The notes under the pieces were generated by a model. That model worked only from the letters and a program-made list of their open reading frames with translations. It searched no databases and was not told where the DNA came from. From Alphaproteobacteria bacterium (GTDB taxonomy: Bacteria > Pseudomonadota > Alphaproteobacteria > Rs-D84): DNA of 64,000 bases. Both the position numbers and the translations under genes were made by a program. The DNA lies in assembly GCA_017427405.1 (NCBI GenBank), contig JAFRSV010000014.1, forward strand, positions 9,490-73,489. Reading direction: 5' to 3'. Of this stretch, positions 53,205-62,189 are shown one piece after another (the first letter of the stretch is position 1; each line of letters starts with the position of its first letter).

Positions 53205-53783
53205 ATGTTAAAATCGGAATTTGAAAAACGTCACGGTAAAATTCAGCCAAATTTTAGCCACTATTGGAATACTGCTATTGCAAAGAAATACGGTGTTTTG
53301 AAAACTTTTGATAGTAATGCTGATCAGCCAGCACATATTTGGCATATAATACAAAATAGTATGCCCAAACCGACCCCCGAAACAGTTCAAAACGTTTTTC
53401 AATATCTTACAAGTGAACCGCGCAAGGAAGTGCGTGATCTATTTCTTCAAAATTTAGATGGGTTTTATTTTGCAGATTATTGGGGATACTTTAGCCGGAA
53501 AGATCCGAAAGACTATGATGAAGAAGAAAAAAAGGAGTTTGTAAAAATTTTAAAGATTATAAAGAACGGTTTCAAAAAATATAAATATAGTTCAGGAACC
53601 ACCAGAACCCACTATATAGATAGACTTATTACCAGATATGGTGGTTATAAAAATTCCACAGCAAAGCAGGATTTCGCACGTGGTATAGAAAAAATCAAGA
53701 CTGCTAAAAAATTACCACGTAAATTAAAAAAAGAGGCTAAAAAACCGAGTTTCTGGGCGCGCTTTGGTGTGCGTTCGAAATAA
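53205..53783 (+). CDS. Hypothetical Lys-rich protein, 192 aa
   Basis: RBS AAAAGGGGG before the ATG. Visibly AT-rich. No motif recognised. Basic C-terminus (KKLPRKLKKEAKK). Confidence 0.5.
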   Translation: MLKSEFEKRHGKIQPNFSHYWNTAIAKKYGVLKTFDSNADQPAHIWHIIQNSMPKPTPETVQNVFQYLTSEPRKEVRDLFLQNLDGFYFADYWGYFSRKDPKDYDEEEKKEFVKILKIIKNGFKKYKYSSGTTRTHYIDRLITRYGGYKNSTAKQDFARGIEKIKTAKKLPRKLKKEAKKPSFWARFGVRSK

Positions 53784-53806
53784 ATCGTGCCATATATAAA
53801 AAACCA

Positions 53807-53830
53807 AAACGGGCGTGTTTGCGCCCGTTT
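53807..53830. terminator. Bidirectional intrinsic terminator between the convergent 192-aa gene and parC
   Basis: aaaacgggcg-tgtttg-cgcccgttt, flanked by an A-run and a T-run. Confidence 0.6.
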
Positions 53831-53860
53831 CACTAACCACTTACACTAACACTAACCACT
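53831..53860. repeat. CACTAACCAC-family repeat
   Basis: cactaaccacttacactaacactaaccact lies directly after the terminator and overlaps the parC stop codon by 2 nt. Confidence 0.6.
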
Positions 53861-56090
53861 ATCGCCCAAACTTCCCGCTTCGTGGGAATCCGACGGGAAT
53901 GGTGCGGCCCTGGGTTGCACGCCGGCCGACCCATGGTTTCCAATCGTCAAGTTTTGTTGTTCCGCGTCCCGTTGTCCAACCAAATCCATCCGCCGCATCA
54001 AAGAACATTACATCCAAAACATATGTCCGTTCGGCGTTGTATTTTTGTAAAATCACGCCCTTGCCACGAACCATTTCTGGAATTTCGGCCGCCGCGAAAA
54101 TCAAAATCTTGTCATTTGACCCTGACATCGCAACCGTGTCGCCCGTGACCCGAACACAGAACGTTGCGGGATTTGCGTCATCAACATTCATAACCTGTTT
54201 CCCAGTGCGCGTTTGCGCCAGGCAATTTTCACCCGCAACGATAAAGCCGTTCCCATGCCGCGACACCAACAGGTATTTTGCCGATGCATCCAAAACGAAC
54301 GCGTTTACAATCGCTTCTTCTGCGCCAATGTCAACCATCATGCGCACCGATTCACCAAACCCGCGCGCCGACGGCAAATCATTTGCGGCAATTGTGAACA
54401 TGCGCCCCGATGCCCCAAACAGATTTATTTTATCGGTTGACATCGCATGGAAAGCAAATTGCAATTCATCGCCTTCTTTGAATTTCAAATCGAGTGCGTT
54501 TAAATCCATATGTCCCCGCGCCGCACGAATCCAACCCATCGTTGAAAGGATAACGGTTAGCGGTTCTTTTTCGATAAAATCTTCGGCATTTACGGTGATT
54601 TCTTCGGTTTGTGCCGCCCAGGTCGTACGCCGCCGCCCAAGTGCGGTCTTTTTATCATATTGCTTTTTAATATCCGCAAACCACGCCTTTATTTGGTTGT
54701 TCTGAATTTCTTCACTTTCAAGCAGCGCAACCAACTGTTCCCGTTCCGCACGCAGGTTTTTATCTTCGCGCCGAATTTCCATTTCTTCCAATTTACGCAA
54801 CGCGCGCAGGCGGGTATTCAAAATCGCCTCTACCTGAACATCGGTCAATTTAAATTCCGCCATAAGTACCGTTTTTGGGTCATCTTCGGTCCGGATTATT
54901 TCAATTACGCGGTCAAGATTCAGATATACAATCAGCAATCCGCCCAAAATTTCAAGCCGTTTATCGATGTTTGCAAGTCGCCACCGTGACCGCCGACAAA
55001 GAACATTTTTCTGGTGCGTGATAAATTCATTCAACACATCGCGAATCCCCATCACGCGCGGCGCGCCGTTGGAATCGATAACATTAAAGTTCATATTAAA
55101 CCGATATTCCAAATCGGTCAGGGCGAACAAATGCGCCATCATTTTATCCGCGGGGACATTACGACTTTTGGGTGTGATGACAATGCGAACATCGGTCGTG
55201 GATTCATCAACGATGTCATCAACCAACGGCAATTTTTTTGCATCAATCATTTCGCCGATTTGTTCGACCAATTTGGACTTTATAATTCCATACGGGATTT
55301 CGGTAATTACAACCTGATACCCGCCGCGGTCAAGTTCTTCGATTTCATATTTTGCGCGAATCCGGAATGTGCCTTTGCCGGTTTCATAGTTTTTAACAAT
55401 CGTATCAAAATCATCAATTAAAACACCGCCCGTCGGAAAATCTGGCCCAATCATTTTCTTGCATATCTGTGCGGTCGTGGATTCAGGTTTGTCGACCATC
55501 AATGTCAATGCGTCGCAAACCTCTGCCACGTTATGGGTTGGAATGTTTGTTGCCATACCAACCGCAATACCCATTCCCCCGTTTGCGAGTAAATTCGGAA
55601 AGGCACCCGGCATAACCACCGGTTCAACCGTCGTCCCGTCAAAGTTCGGCATCATATCGACACTATCTTCGTCAATGCCGTCCATAATCAGCATTGCCGC
55701 TTCGGTCATTTTGGATTCAGTATAGCGGTATGCCGCCTGGGGGTCACCGTCGATATTTCCAAAATTCCCCTGGCCATCAATCAGTGGATATCGCACGGAA
55801 AAATCCTGGGCAAGTCGCACCATCGCATCATACACGGACGAATCGCCATGCGGGTGATAGTGCCCCAGTACGTCGCCAACCACCGTCGCACATTTGCGAA
55901 ACGCCGCCGCGGGCGATAACTTTTGCCGCAACATAGAATACAAAATACGGCGATGCACGGGCTTTAACCCATCGCGCACATCGGGCAGGGCGCGCGACAC
56001 AATCGTACTGACCGCGTACGACAAATACCGCGTGGACAGGGCGTCCGCCAATTGTTGTGAATCAATTCTTTCGACTATTTCTTTACTCAT
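53859..56090 (-). CDS. parC: DNA topoisomerase IV subunit A
   Basis: About 743 aa. [22 protein letters not shown] and [17 protein letters not shown]. The length fits ParC rather than GyrA, and I saw no GyrA-box. ATG at 56090 (MSKEIVERI). Confidence 0.8.
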   Translation of the reverse strand: MSKEIVERIDSQQLADALSTRYLSYAVSTIVSRALPDVRDGLKPVHRRILYSMLRQKLSPAAAFRKCATVVGDVLGHYHPHGDSSVYDAMVRLAQDFSVRYPLIDGQGNFGNIDGDPQAAYRYTESKMTEAAMLIMDGIDEDSVDMMPNFDGTTVEPVVMPGAFPNLLANGGMGIAVGMATNIPTHNVAEVCDALTLMVDKPESTTAQICKKMIGPDFPTGGVLIDDFDTIVKNYETGKGTFRIRAKYEIEELDRGGYQVVITEIPYGIIKSKLVEQIGEMIDAKKLPLVDDIVDESTTDVRIVITPKSRNVPADKMMAHLFALTDLEYRFNMNFNVIDSNGAPRVMGIRDVLNEFITHQKNVLCRRSRWRLANIDKRLEILGGLLIVYLNLDRVIEIIRTEDDPKTVLMAEFKLTDVQVEAILNTRLRALRKLEEMEIRREDKNLRAEREQLVALLESEEIQNNQIKAWFADIKKQYDKKTALGRRRTTWAAQTEEITVNAEDFIEKEPLTVILSTMGWIRAARGHMDLNALDLKFKEGDELQFAFHAMSTDKINLFGASGRMFTIAANDLPSARGFGESVRMMVDIGAEEAIVNAFVLDASAKYLLVSRHGNGFIVAGENCLAQTRTGKQVMNVDDANPATFCVRVTGDTVAMSGSNDKILIFAAAEIPEMVRGKGVILQKYNAERTYVLDVMFFDAADGFGWTTGRGTTKLDDWKPWVGRRATQGRTIPVGFPRSGKFGR

Positions 56091-56143
56091 AACGACATAA
56101 AACATAGAACATTTGAAAAAAAATAACAACCAAAAAACACGAA

Positions 56144-56422
56144 TTATTGGGCGATTTTATTTTTGATTTCACGAATTCGTGCCAAAATTTCGCGTAAATC
56201 GGCATCCGTCACACTTGGGGTGGGTTTGTTGCGCAACTCATCGGCCAGAACAATACAAACGGTGGCCAGCAACGAACTTTCCGGCAACGGCCCGATTTTA
56301 TCCAAAATTTGCCGCGCACGCGCATCCACCATTTGCCCCAGTTCGACCAGGCGCCCTTCTTGACCATCTTCGCAGCCCATAGGGTAATTTTTATTTACAA
56401 TCGGGATTGAAACGACACTCAT
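56144..56422 (-). CDS. zapA: Cell division protein ZapA-like
   Basis: 92 aa. [30 protein letters not shown] fits the ZapA N-terminal pattern. Start overlaps the upstream coiled-coil gene (ATGA). Confidence 0.65.
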   Translation of the reverse strand: MSVVSIPIVNKNYPMGCEDGQEGRLVELGQMVDARARQILDKIGPLPESSLLATVCIVLADELRNKPTPSVTDADLREILARIREIKNKIAQ

Positions 56423-56628
56423 TTCAGCCCCCCAAGAATTTCAATAGATTGGTCAATAAGTTCGGTCGCCCGCGCATTTTTCGCACGCAAATTTCGCACC
56501 TGTTGCGTTAAAATTGCAACCTCCAAATCGGTTTGTTTACTTGCATCAACCGCCGTCGCCCGCAGACGCGCGGTCGCGTCTTCAAGTTTTGATAGTTCCT
56601 GAAAAATTTGTTCCCTTATATCCGACAT
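56419..56628 (-). CDS. Small coiled-coil protein (DUF4164-like, ZapA partner position)
   Basis: 69 aa, heptad-rich. Sits directly upstream of zapA, as commonly seen in alphaproteobacteria. Confidence 0.5.
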   Translation of the reverse strand: MSDIREQIFQELSKLEDATARLRATAVDASKQTDLEVAILTQQVRNLRAKNARATELIDQSIEILGGLK

Positions 56629-56709
56629 ATTGTCATTTTAAGACATTTTTTATATGCGTTCAACCCTAAAATGTGATATAATCGTCCTGACGATGATTTC
56701 AAAAATGCG

Positions 56710-57552
56710 ATGGTGATGCAAATGAAGAAAAAGATAATTTATATTTCAGGCGCGGATTCTTTTAACCCCGATGAAGTGCGAACCGCGTTTGAAGAAGTTC
56801 GGTCTACACTGGGGCTGGATGCGGATACGGTTTTGTTCGGGGTTCCGGTGGACGATTTAATCGCGGTGGAAACCGCGCCAGTTGTCGCCGATTCGGTTGT
56901 CACGCCCACACCGGATGTGACCGAAGAACCGGTGGCAAAACCCAAAAAAACGGCGAAAGCAAAGAAGGAAAAGCCGGTCGAAAAAACAGTTGAAAAACCG
57001 ATCGCGGCGCCCGTTGTTCCGATTCTGTCGGTTTTGGGCGGTGGCGAAGAATCCGCGCCGGCCGCAGAACCCCCGGTCCAAGAAGTGGTTGCAGAAACCG
57101 TCACCGTCGAAACCGATGATGTGCCGGAATTTAACGATATTGGTGATATCGATGAAATGTTGCAAGACGATGTGCCGGATGCGCCACATGAAAAAACACT
57201 GGAAGAATTGTTGGAAACGATGACGCCACTGCGTGAAGATGCGCAACCGGACGAAGAAGATGTCGGCGAAACCCCGGAACCAGTCGCGGCGGATGAATCT
57301 TTGGATGATGCCGATGCAACACTTGCAAGTTTGGCGACCGAATTCGTCGATGTCCAAGATAAAATGCCAACATTTAGAAAAAGTCCTGAACGTGGGAAAA
57401 TCAGCAAGTTAAAAAGTATATTGCCATTTAAAAAGAAAAAAAGTGATGATACCGGAATTATGGGCGATTTGTTCGGTTGGGCGGGTGTCGCCGCAAATGA
57501 CGAAGATTTTTCCATACCGGGATTCTTTACGAATGTCGCATCGAAAAAATAA
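56710..57552 (+). CDS. Hypothetical highly acidic protein, 280 aa
   Basis: E/D/P/V-rich low-complexity centre. Followed after 6 nt by a same-strand gene. The start could be 56722 (MKKKIIYISG). Confidence 0.5.
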   Translation: MVMQMKKKIIYISGADSFNPDEVRTAFEEVRSTLGLDADTVLFGVPVDDLIAVETAPVVADSVVTPTPDVTEEPVAKPKKTAKAKKEKPVEKTVEKPIAAPVVPILSVLGGGEESAPAAEPPVQEVVAETVTVETDDVPEFNDIGDIDEMLQDDVPDAPHEKTLEELLETMTPLREDAQPDEEDVGETPEPVAADESLDDADATLASLATEFVDVQDKMPTFRKSPERGKISKLKSILPFKKKKSDDTGIMGDLFGWAGVAANDEDFSIPGFFTNVASKK

Positions 57553-57558
57553 AAGACA

Positions 57559-58596
57559 ATGAATGACATCGATACCATCAGAACAATGTTAGAAAACGTC
57601 GGTTTGCACGTGCGTGGTGTCGATGCAAATTTTTTTTATATCGAAGACCCGGCATGTATATTGCGTGGGTTTGAAAATTTCCTTTATTATGCATGGATGG
57701 TTTTGGGATTGTTTACCGCGGGCCTGGTTATCGGTTGGGGCATATCCATGATACGCGGTGCCAAAAATGATATCAAAGAAAATTTCAAAACATTGGTTTT
57801 AATTTTTGGAATCTTGACTGCGGTTTGGCCGATTTTAAATGTTATTTATGGTGGTGACATTTTGGCCATTGGGTGCAAGACAACGCGGATTTCGGTTGAT
57901 GGCGTAAATGAAATTTTGGCGACAAAAATTGCCGCGCGTGGCACGAATTCGATGCTTTATGAAGATATCGATATATACGATTCCGGAAGTGGAATTTTGC
58001 CAAACTATGAAATGCCAGAAACGAAAGATTTTCCGGATTTATCTGGTTTAATGAATTGGACACCGGACGGAAATATCACCGGTGGCGCAACAGGCCCGGC
58101 AAGTGTTCCGGTAAGTATTCCACCAATATCAACCGGTGGTCGAACGGCGGTTGCCGCAATCAATATAAACGTGGGCGAAATCACATATACCGCACCGGAC
58201 GGTTCAAAATATACACACCTCGGGGGCAGTTTGACCTGGCGTGCGAATAACCCGGGTGCACTTCGGTATTCAGATTTTACACGGCGTATGGGTGCCATAG
58301 GAAAAACGATAAACAATTTTGCAATTTTTCCAAACCCAGAGGTTGGTCGCCGGGCAAATATCGCCTTATTAAAAACCGAAAAGTATCAAAACAAAACGCT
58401 TGCGGAGGCAATTCATACCTATGCCCCATCATCGGACGGAAATAACCCGGCATCCTATGCGGCACGCCTTGCGCGGGCGATGGGTGTTCCGGTAAATATG
58501 TATTTGCGCGATATGTCCGATATCCAGTTGGAACGCATGGCCGAAGGTATTCGTCGCATCGAAGGTTGGCGCGAAGGAACCGTTCGAAATAATTAA
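57559..58596 (+). CDS. Membrane protein with C-terminal NNPGALR-motif domain, unknown function
   Basis: 345 aa. Two TM segments (YYAWMVLGLFTAGLVIGWGISMI and LVLIFGILTAVWPILNVIYGG) and a C-terminal ~130-aa globular part (TWRANNPGALRY...FAIFPNPEVGRRANIALL...IHTYAPSSDGNNPASY). Confidence 0.6.
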   Translation: MNDIDTIRTMLENVGLHVRGVDANFFYIEDPACILRGFENFLYYAWMVLGLFTAGLVIGWGISMIRGAKNDIKENFKTLVLIFGILTAVWPILNVIYGGDILAIGCKTTRISVDGVNEILATKIAARGTNSMLYEDIDIYDSGSGILPNYEMPETKDFPDLSGLMNWTPDGNITGGATGPASVPVSIPPISTGGRTAVAAININVGEITYTAPDGSKYTHLGGSLTWRANNPGALRYSDFTRRMGAIGKTINNFAIFPNPEVGRRANIALLKTEKYQNKTLAEAIHTYAPSSDGNNPASYAARLARAMGVPVNMYLRDMSDIQLERMAEGIRRIEGWREGTVRNN

Positions 58597-58608
58597 AAAG
58601 GAAATAAA

Positions 58609-59205
58609 ATGGAAAAAAATAATGGTTGGATAAAAATTATAATAATTCTGGCATTGATTGGGGTTGGTGTTTTTGTTTTTTATAAATTTAATAAACCACA
58701 TACCGAAACCAAATCAATAAGTGTAATGGTCGAACCAATTGTTGAAACCACGGGTGGGGCGGAATTTACTGATGGTTTGGAAAATCCGGTGTCCGTGCAT
58801 AACTTTGAACCCGATGAATTCGGCGAAGGCGTTGTCGAAGTTGCAACGTTTTCTTATGACATTGACGAAGATGGTCGCCCCGACCGAATTTCCCGCGCAC
58901 GTCGTGAAACCGGCACCGCACACTTTCAGTATATATATAAGGTTGAATTAAACAACGGCGAAAAAATGGTAAATATAACGCCGAAAGATTTCTTTACCGT
59001 CGAAGGCGCAGAATGCGCACATCAAAAGATTCAGTTTTCATTTAAACCTGATTTTTCAATAACAAAAATTTCGCGTCCCATGGGCGAAGATTGGGATACA
59101 CCAACACAATCAACAAAAACCGTTTACACATTGTGGAATAATAATTTGCATGTCGCCACAACATCGGAATATAAAACCGTGTGCGATGTGGCGGAATTAT
59201 TTTAA
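58609..59205 (+). CDS. Hypothetical membrane-anchored protein, 198 aa
   Basis: RBS AAAAGGAAA. N-terminal TM (WIKIIIILALIGVGVFVFY). DIDEDGRPDRI is a Ca-binding-like loop. Confidence 0.55.
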   Translation: MEKNNGWIKIIIILALIGVGVFVFYKFNKPHTETKSISVMVEPIVETTGGAEFTDGLENPVSVHNFEPDEFGEGVVEVATFSYDIDEDGRPDRISRARRETGTAHFQYIYKVELNNGEKMVNITPKDFFTVEGAECAHQKIQFSFKPDFSITKISRPMGEDWDTPTQSTKTVYTLWNNNLHVATTSEYKTVCDVAELF

Positions 59206-59883
59206 CCAGTGTTGGTCTTTCATTGAATATACAACCCCGCCCGATACGACAAAGTGATCATAAAGTTGTATGCGCACATTTAACAGGGCGTTTTTTAATT
59301 GTTCGGTGATGTCGATATCTTCACGTGAAAACCCAAGCCCAGGAATCGGATGATTGTGAACCAGTGCAACAAATTTCGCGCCCATATTTAGTGCGTTTTT
59401 AACAATTTCATTGTTATATAAAACCGTGCAATCGATTGTTCCCGTACTGTGCAGTTCGTTTTTTAATAAACGCAAATTTTCATCCATATATAAAACATGC
59501 ATTTCTTCGGTTGCGCGCCCACCAAGCATGATTCGTATATAATTATCAAACTGTTCCCGATTGTGCAGAACAGGTTTTTCTTCCGCTTCGGACCGGTATC
59601 CATCAATAATGATTTTTTGTATCGCCTTAATAAAAATTGCGGTGTTGTGCCCAAGCCCCGGAATCCGTTCCAAATCATCAATCGATGCACACAAAATTGG
59701 AAATGTCCCACCGAATTTTTTATACAGCATTCGCGCAATTGGGCGAACATCTTTGCGCGGAATTGCATATCCCAAAATCAATTCCATAATTTCATAATTC
59801 GCAAGTTCACCATCCAAGAATTTTTGGCGCAACCTGTCGCGATGTCCGGCACGCAAAGATAATTCCAACGATTTGTCTTTCAT
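59197..59883 (-). CDS. radC: RadC-family JAB/MPN domain protein
   Basis: HRDRLRQKFL, ELILGYAIPRKDV and the JAMM motif HNHPIPG. The ATG at 59883 overlaps the map stop (ATGA), so the track ORF is trimmed. Confidence 0.8.
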   Translation of the reverse strand: MKDKSLELSLRAGHRDRLRQKFLDGELANYEIMELILGYAIPRKDVRPIARMLYKKFGGTFPILCASIDDLERIPGLGHNTAIFIKAIQKIIIDGYRSEAEEKPVLHNREQFDNYIRIMLGGRATEEMHVLYMDENLRLLKNELHSTGTIDCTVLYNNEIVKNALNMGAKFVALVHNHPIPGLGFSREDIDITEQLKNALLNVRIQLYDHFVVSGGVVYSMKDQHWLK

Positions 59884-60647
59884 GCGTTTATCATTTTTTC
59901 CGTAAAGATTGTGACGCCGTCTTCGGTAATCCCCAGTGTGTGTTCCCATTGCGCCGAAAGCCCGCCGTCCACCGTGCGTGCCGTCCAACCGTCCGCATCA
60001 ATTTTACATTCGGGCCGTCCCGTATTTATCATCGGTTCAATTGTGAAAACCAATCCCGGCACCATTTTTACCTGGTCCCACATTTTATCATAGAAATGAA
60101 AAATTTGTGGATCGTCATGCATAACCTTGCCAATGCCATGCCCAACAAAATCGCGCGATATTGAAAAACCGTGCGGTTTAACAACGGCCTCTATCGTTTT
60201 GCCGATTTCGGAAAGTGGCACGCCCGGCGCACATACCGCAATCGCGGCGTTCAATGCGTCTTGGCATGTTTGCACCAATTCGCGCGCCTTGTCGGATACT
60301 TTGCCAATCATAAACATGCGCGACGCATCACCATGGAAACCCTTGTATTCCGCGGTCAAATCAACATTTACAATATCGCCGTCCTTTAAGATGACATCGT
60401 CACTTGGAATTCCGTGCACAATAACATCGTTCACCGAAGTGCAAATACTTTTAGGGTACCCCTGGTATCCCAAATCGGACGACCGCGCACCGTTTTCACG
60501 CAAAAATCCCGCAACCAAACGGTCAATTTCGCCGGTTGAAATTCCGGCTTTGACGCGCGGTGTAATATAATCGAAACAACGCGCCACCAAATCACCAACC
60601 ACGCGCAATCTTTTAAAATCTTTTGGTGCATACACAGATGATAACAT
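59880..60647 (-). CDS. map: Type I methionine aminopeptidase
   Basis: 255 aa. Metal ligands in VHGIPSD, DIVNVDL, GHGIG and FTIEPM. Confidence 0.9.
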   Translation of the reverse strand: MLSSVYAPKDFKRLRVVGDLVARCFDYITPRVKAGISTGEIDRLVAGFLRENGARSSDLGYQGYPKSICTSVNDVIVHGIPSDDVILKDGDIVNVDLTAEYKGFHGDASRMFMIGKVSDKARELVQTCQDALNAAIAVCAPGVPLSEIGKTIEAVVKPHGFSISRDFVGHGIGKVMHDDPQIFHFYDKMWDQVKMVPGLVFTIEPMINTGRPECKIDADGWTARTVDGGLSAQWEHTLGITEDGVTIFTEKMINA

Positions 60648-60649
60648 AA

Positions 60650-61639
60650 TCAGTTCCTTCGTTTAACAGACATTTTGTAAGTTTTTAATACCAATTTTAA
60701 CGCAAAATCGCGCAACAAAATTTCCGCCGGCATCCCGGTCGTGCGCATTTGCATTTCAAGTTCATTTAACCGCGTCAAAACCGCGGTTATATCATCGCCC
60801 CGCCATATTTTTGTGGCAAGGTTGAATTTATCCGCAACCTTCCAAAAAAGCCGTGGTAATTGACCGTCAACCACCGCGGTTAGCAACGATTTGAAATGCC
60901 GGTCCAACATTCGTACCAACATATTCGGTTCCGCATTGTCATACAACAACCGGTCAAGTGCAAGCATGGTTTGCTGAATATGTCCCGCCGTCAGTGAATA
61001 TAAAAAATCATCAGTATTTGCCGCCCCCGTGTCAGGCAGGCATTTTTCGACATCTTCTAATTCAATGGTTTTCTTGTCGTCGACATAGATTGTGATTTTG
61101 TTCAAAAATCCACGCGTAATTCCACGATCACCACCAAGATGGCTTGTCATATAAACCATCGCATCGGGCGAAATCTGTTTGATTCCGGCATTGGTAAAAA
61201 GTTCATTTCGAATAAGGTTTTCGAGTGTTTTTGCATCGTCACTATAACACGCTATTGCGGCGATTTTTTCGCCACCTTCGAACAAAGTGCGAAGTGATCC
61301 CCCCGAACGCAAATCGCCCGCCGTCACGATAACCATTGCATCCAACGACGGGTGTTCAACCAAATCGCGGATTGTTTTTGCGTCTGAATCGCCGGCGTTT
61401 GAAATAATAACCATCTTGCGACCACCAAACATGGACGGTGTGCACGCTTCGGCAAAAAGCGAATCTTGCTTGTCGCGCAATTCATTGGAATCCAGTGCAA
61501 ATATATTATCTTTTTCAATAGATAAAATATCGACCGATTTATCGCAAAGTTCATCAACCAATCCCGCGTCCGGTCCATAAATTAACACACCGCGAACATT
61601 GGTAATCCCTTTGGAAAAATCAGATTCTTTCCACTTCAT
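60650..61639 (-). CDS. holA: DNA polymerase III subunit delta
   Basis: 329 aa. N-terminal VLIYGPDAGLV pattern. Located downstream of lptE (conserved lptE-holA pair). Confidence 0.75.
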   Translation of the reverse strand: MKWKESDFSKGITNVRGVLIYGPDAGLVDELCDKSVDILSIEKDNIFALDSNELRDKQDSLFAEACTPSMFGGRKMVIISNAGDSDAKTIRDLVEHPSLDAMVIVTAGDLRSGGSLRTLFEGGEKIAAIACYSDDAKTLENLIRNELFTNAGIKQISPDAMVYMTSHLGGDRGITRGFLNKITIYVDDKKTIELEDVEKCLPDTGAANTDDFLYSLTAGHIQQTMLALDRLLYDNAEPNMLVRMLDRHFKSLLTAVVDGQLPRLFWKVADKFNLATKIWRGDDITAVLTRLNELEMQMRTTGMPAEILLRDFALKLVLKTYKMSVKRRN

Positions 61640-62106
61640 TTCTTTGCCATTTCACGTTCGTGTTTTGAAACATCGGCAATTGCACGCGTACCAATTTTAT
61701 CGGCCAAAACCGTAATAGTATTTGTGACCGCATTATTATACGATGCGTTTGCCGCAACCAAATACCGCACGAACGTGTATGATTCAGATGCCACCTCTGT
61801 TCCGGTGGAAATGGTTTTGCCACCCGCGGTTAAAACGTAATTCGCGGTCAGTTTTATTTCTTGCCACGTTGCGGCGCCGGTCGGTTCCAATGCTTTGTAT
61901 TTTGTTTGCGGTTCATTTAGTGTCACGGTCAATTTATATGGCGCGGTGCTTTCCTTTTGACCACCGAACTTTGTATTCAGTGCATTGCGCAGTTCAATTC
62001 CATTTATACCACTTATGACCGGAACATAAATATCAGTATTCGATTCAGAAAACATGGGGCTAAACCCACAACCACAAAGCAGTAATAAACCCAAATATTT
62101 TTTCAT
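61636..62106 (-). CDS. lptE: LPS-assembly lipoprotein LptE
   Basis: Lipobox LLLCGCGFSPMF. About 156 aa. Overlaps the holA start by 4 nt. Confidence 0.7.
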   Translation of the reverse strand: MKKYLGLLLLCGCGFSPMFSESNTDIYVPVISGINGIELRNALNTKFGGQKESTAPYKLTVTLNEPQTKYKALEPTGAATWQEIKLTANYVLTAGGKTISTGTEVASESYTFVRYLVAANASYNNAVTNTITVLADKIGTRAIADVSKHEREMAKK

Positions 62107-62189
62107 CGTTTTTTACCAAATAAAAATAATTTTTTCTTGAAATTCATCCATATAATACTTAGAATCTTATTGAATCGCAAGGGGGAATT

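Noticed and set aside
53815-54705. 296-aa plus-strand ORF
   Set aside because: It lies entirely antisense to the well-supported parC gene and has no recognisable motifs. It is an open antisense frame, as is typical of a highly expressed gene.
56739-57578. 279-aa minus-strand S/T-rich ORF opposite the acidic 280-aa gene
   Set aside because: It is the mirror image of an E/D-rich low-complexity region. The plus-strand reading forms a tight operon with the next two genes (6-nt and 12-nt gaps). The minus reading has no RBS and would run into a convergent arrangement with no partner.
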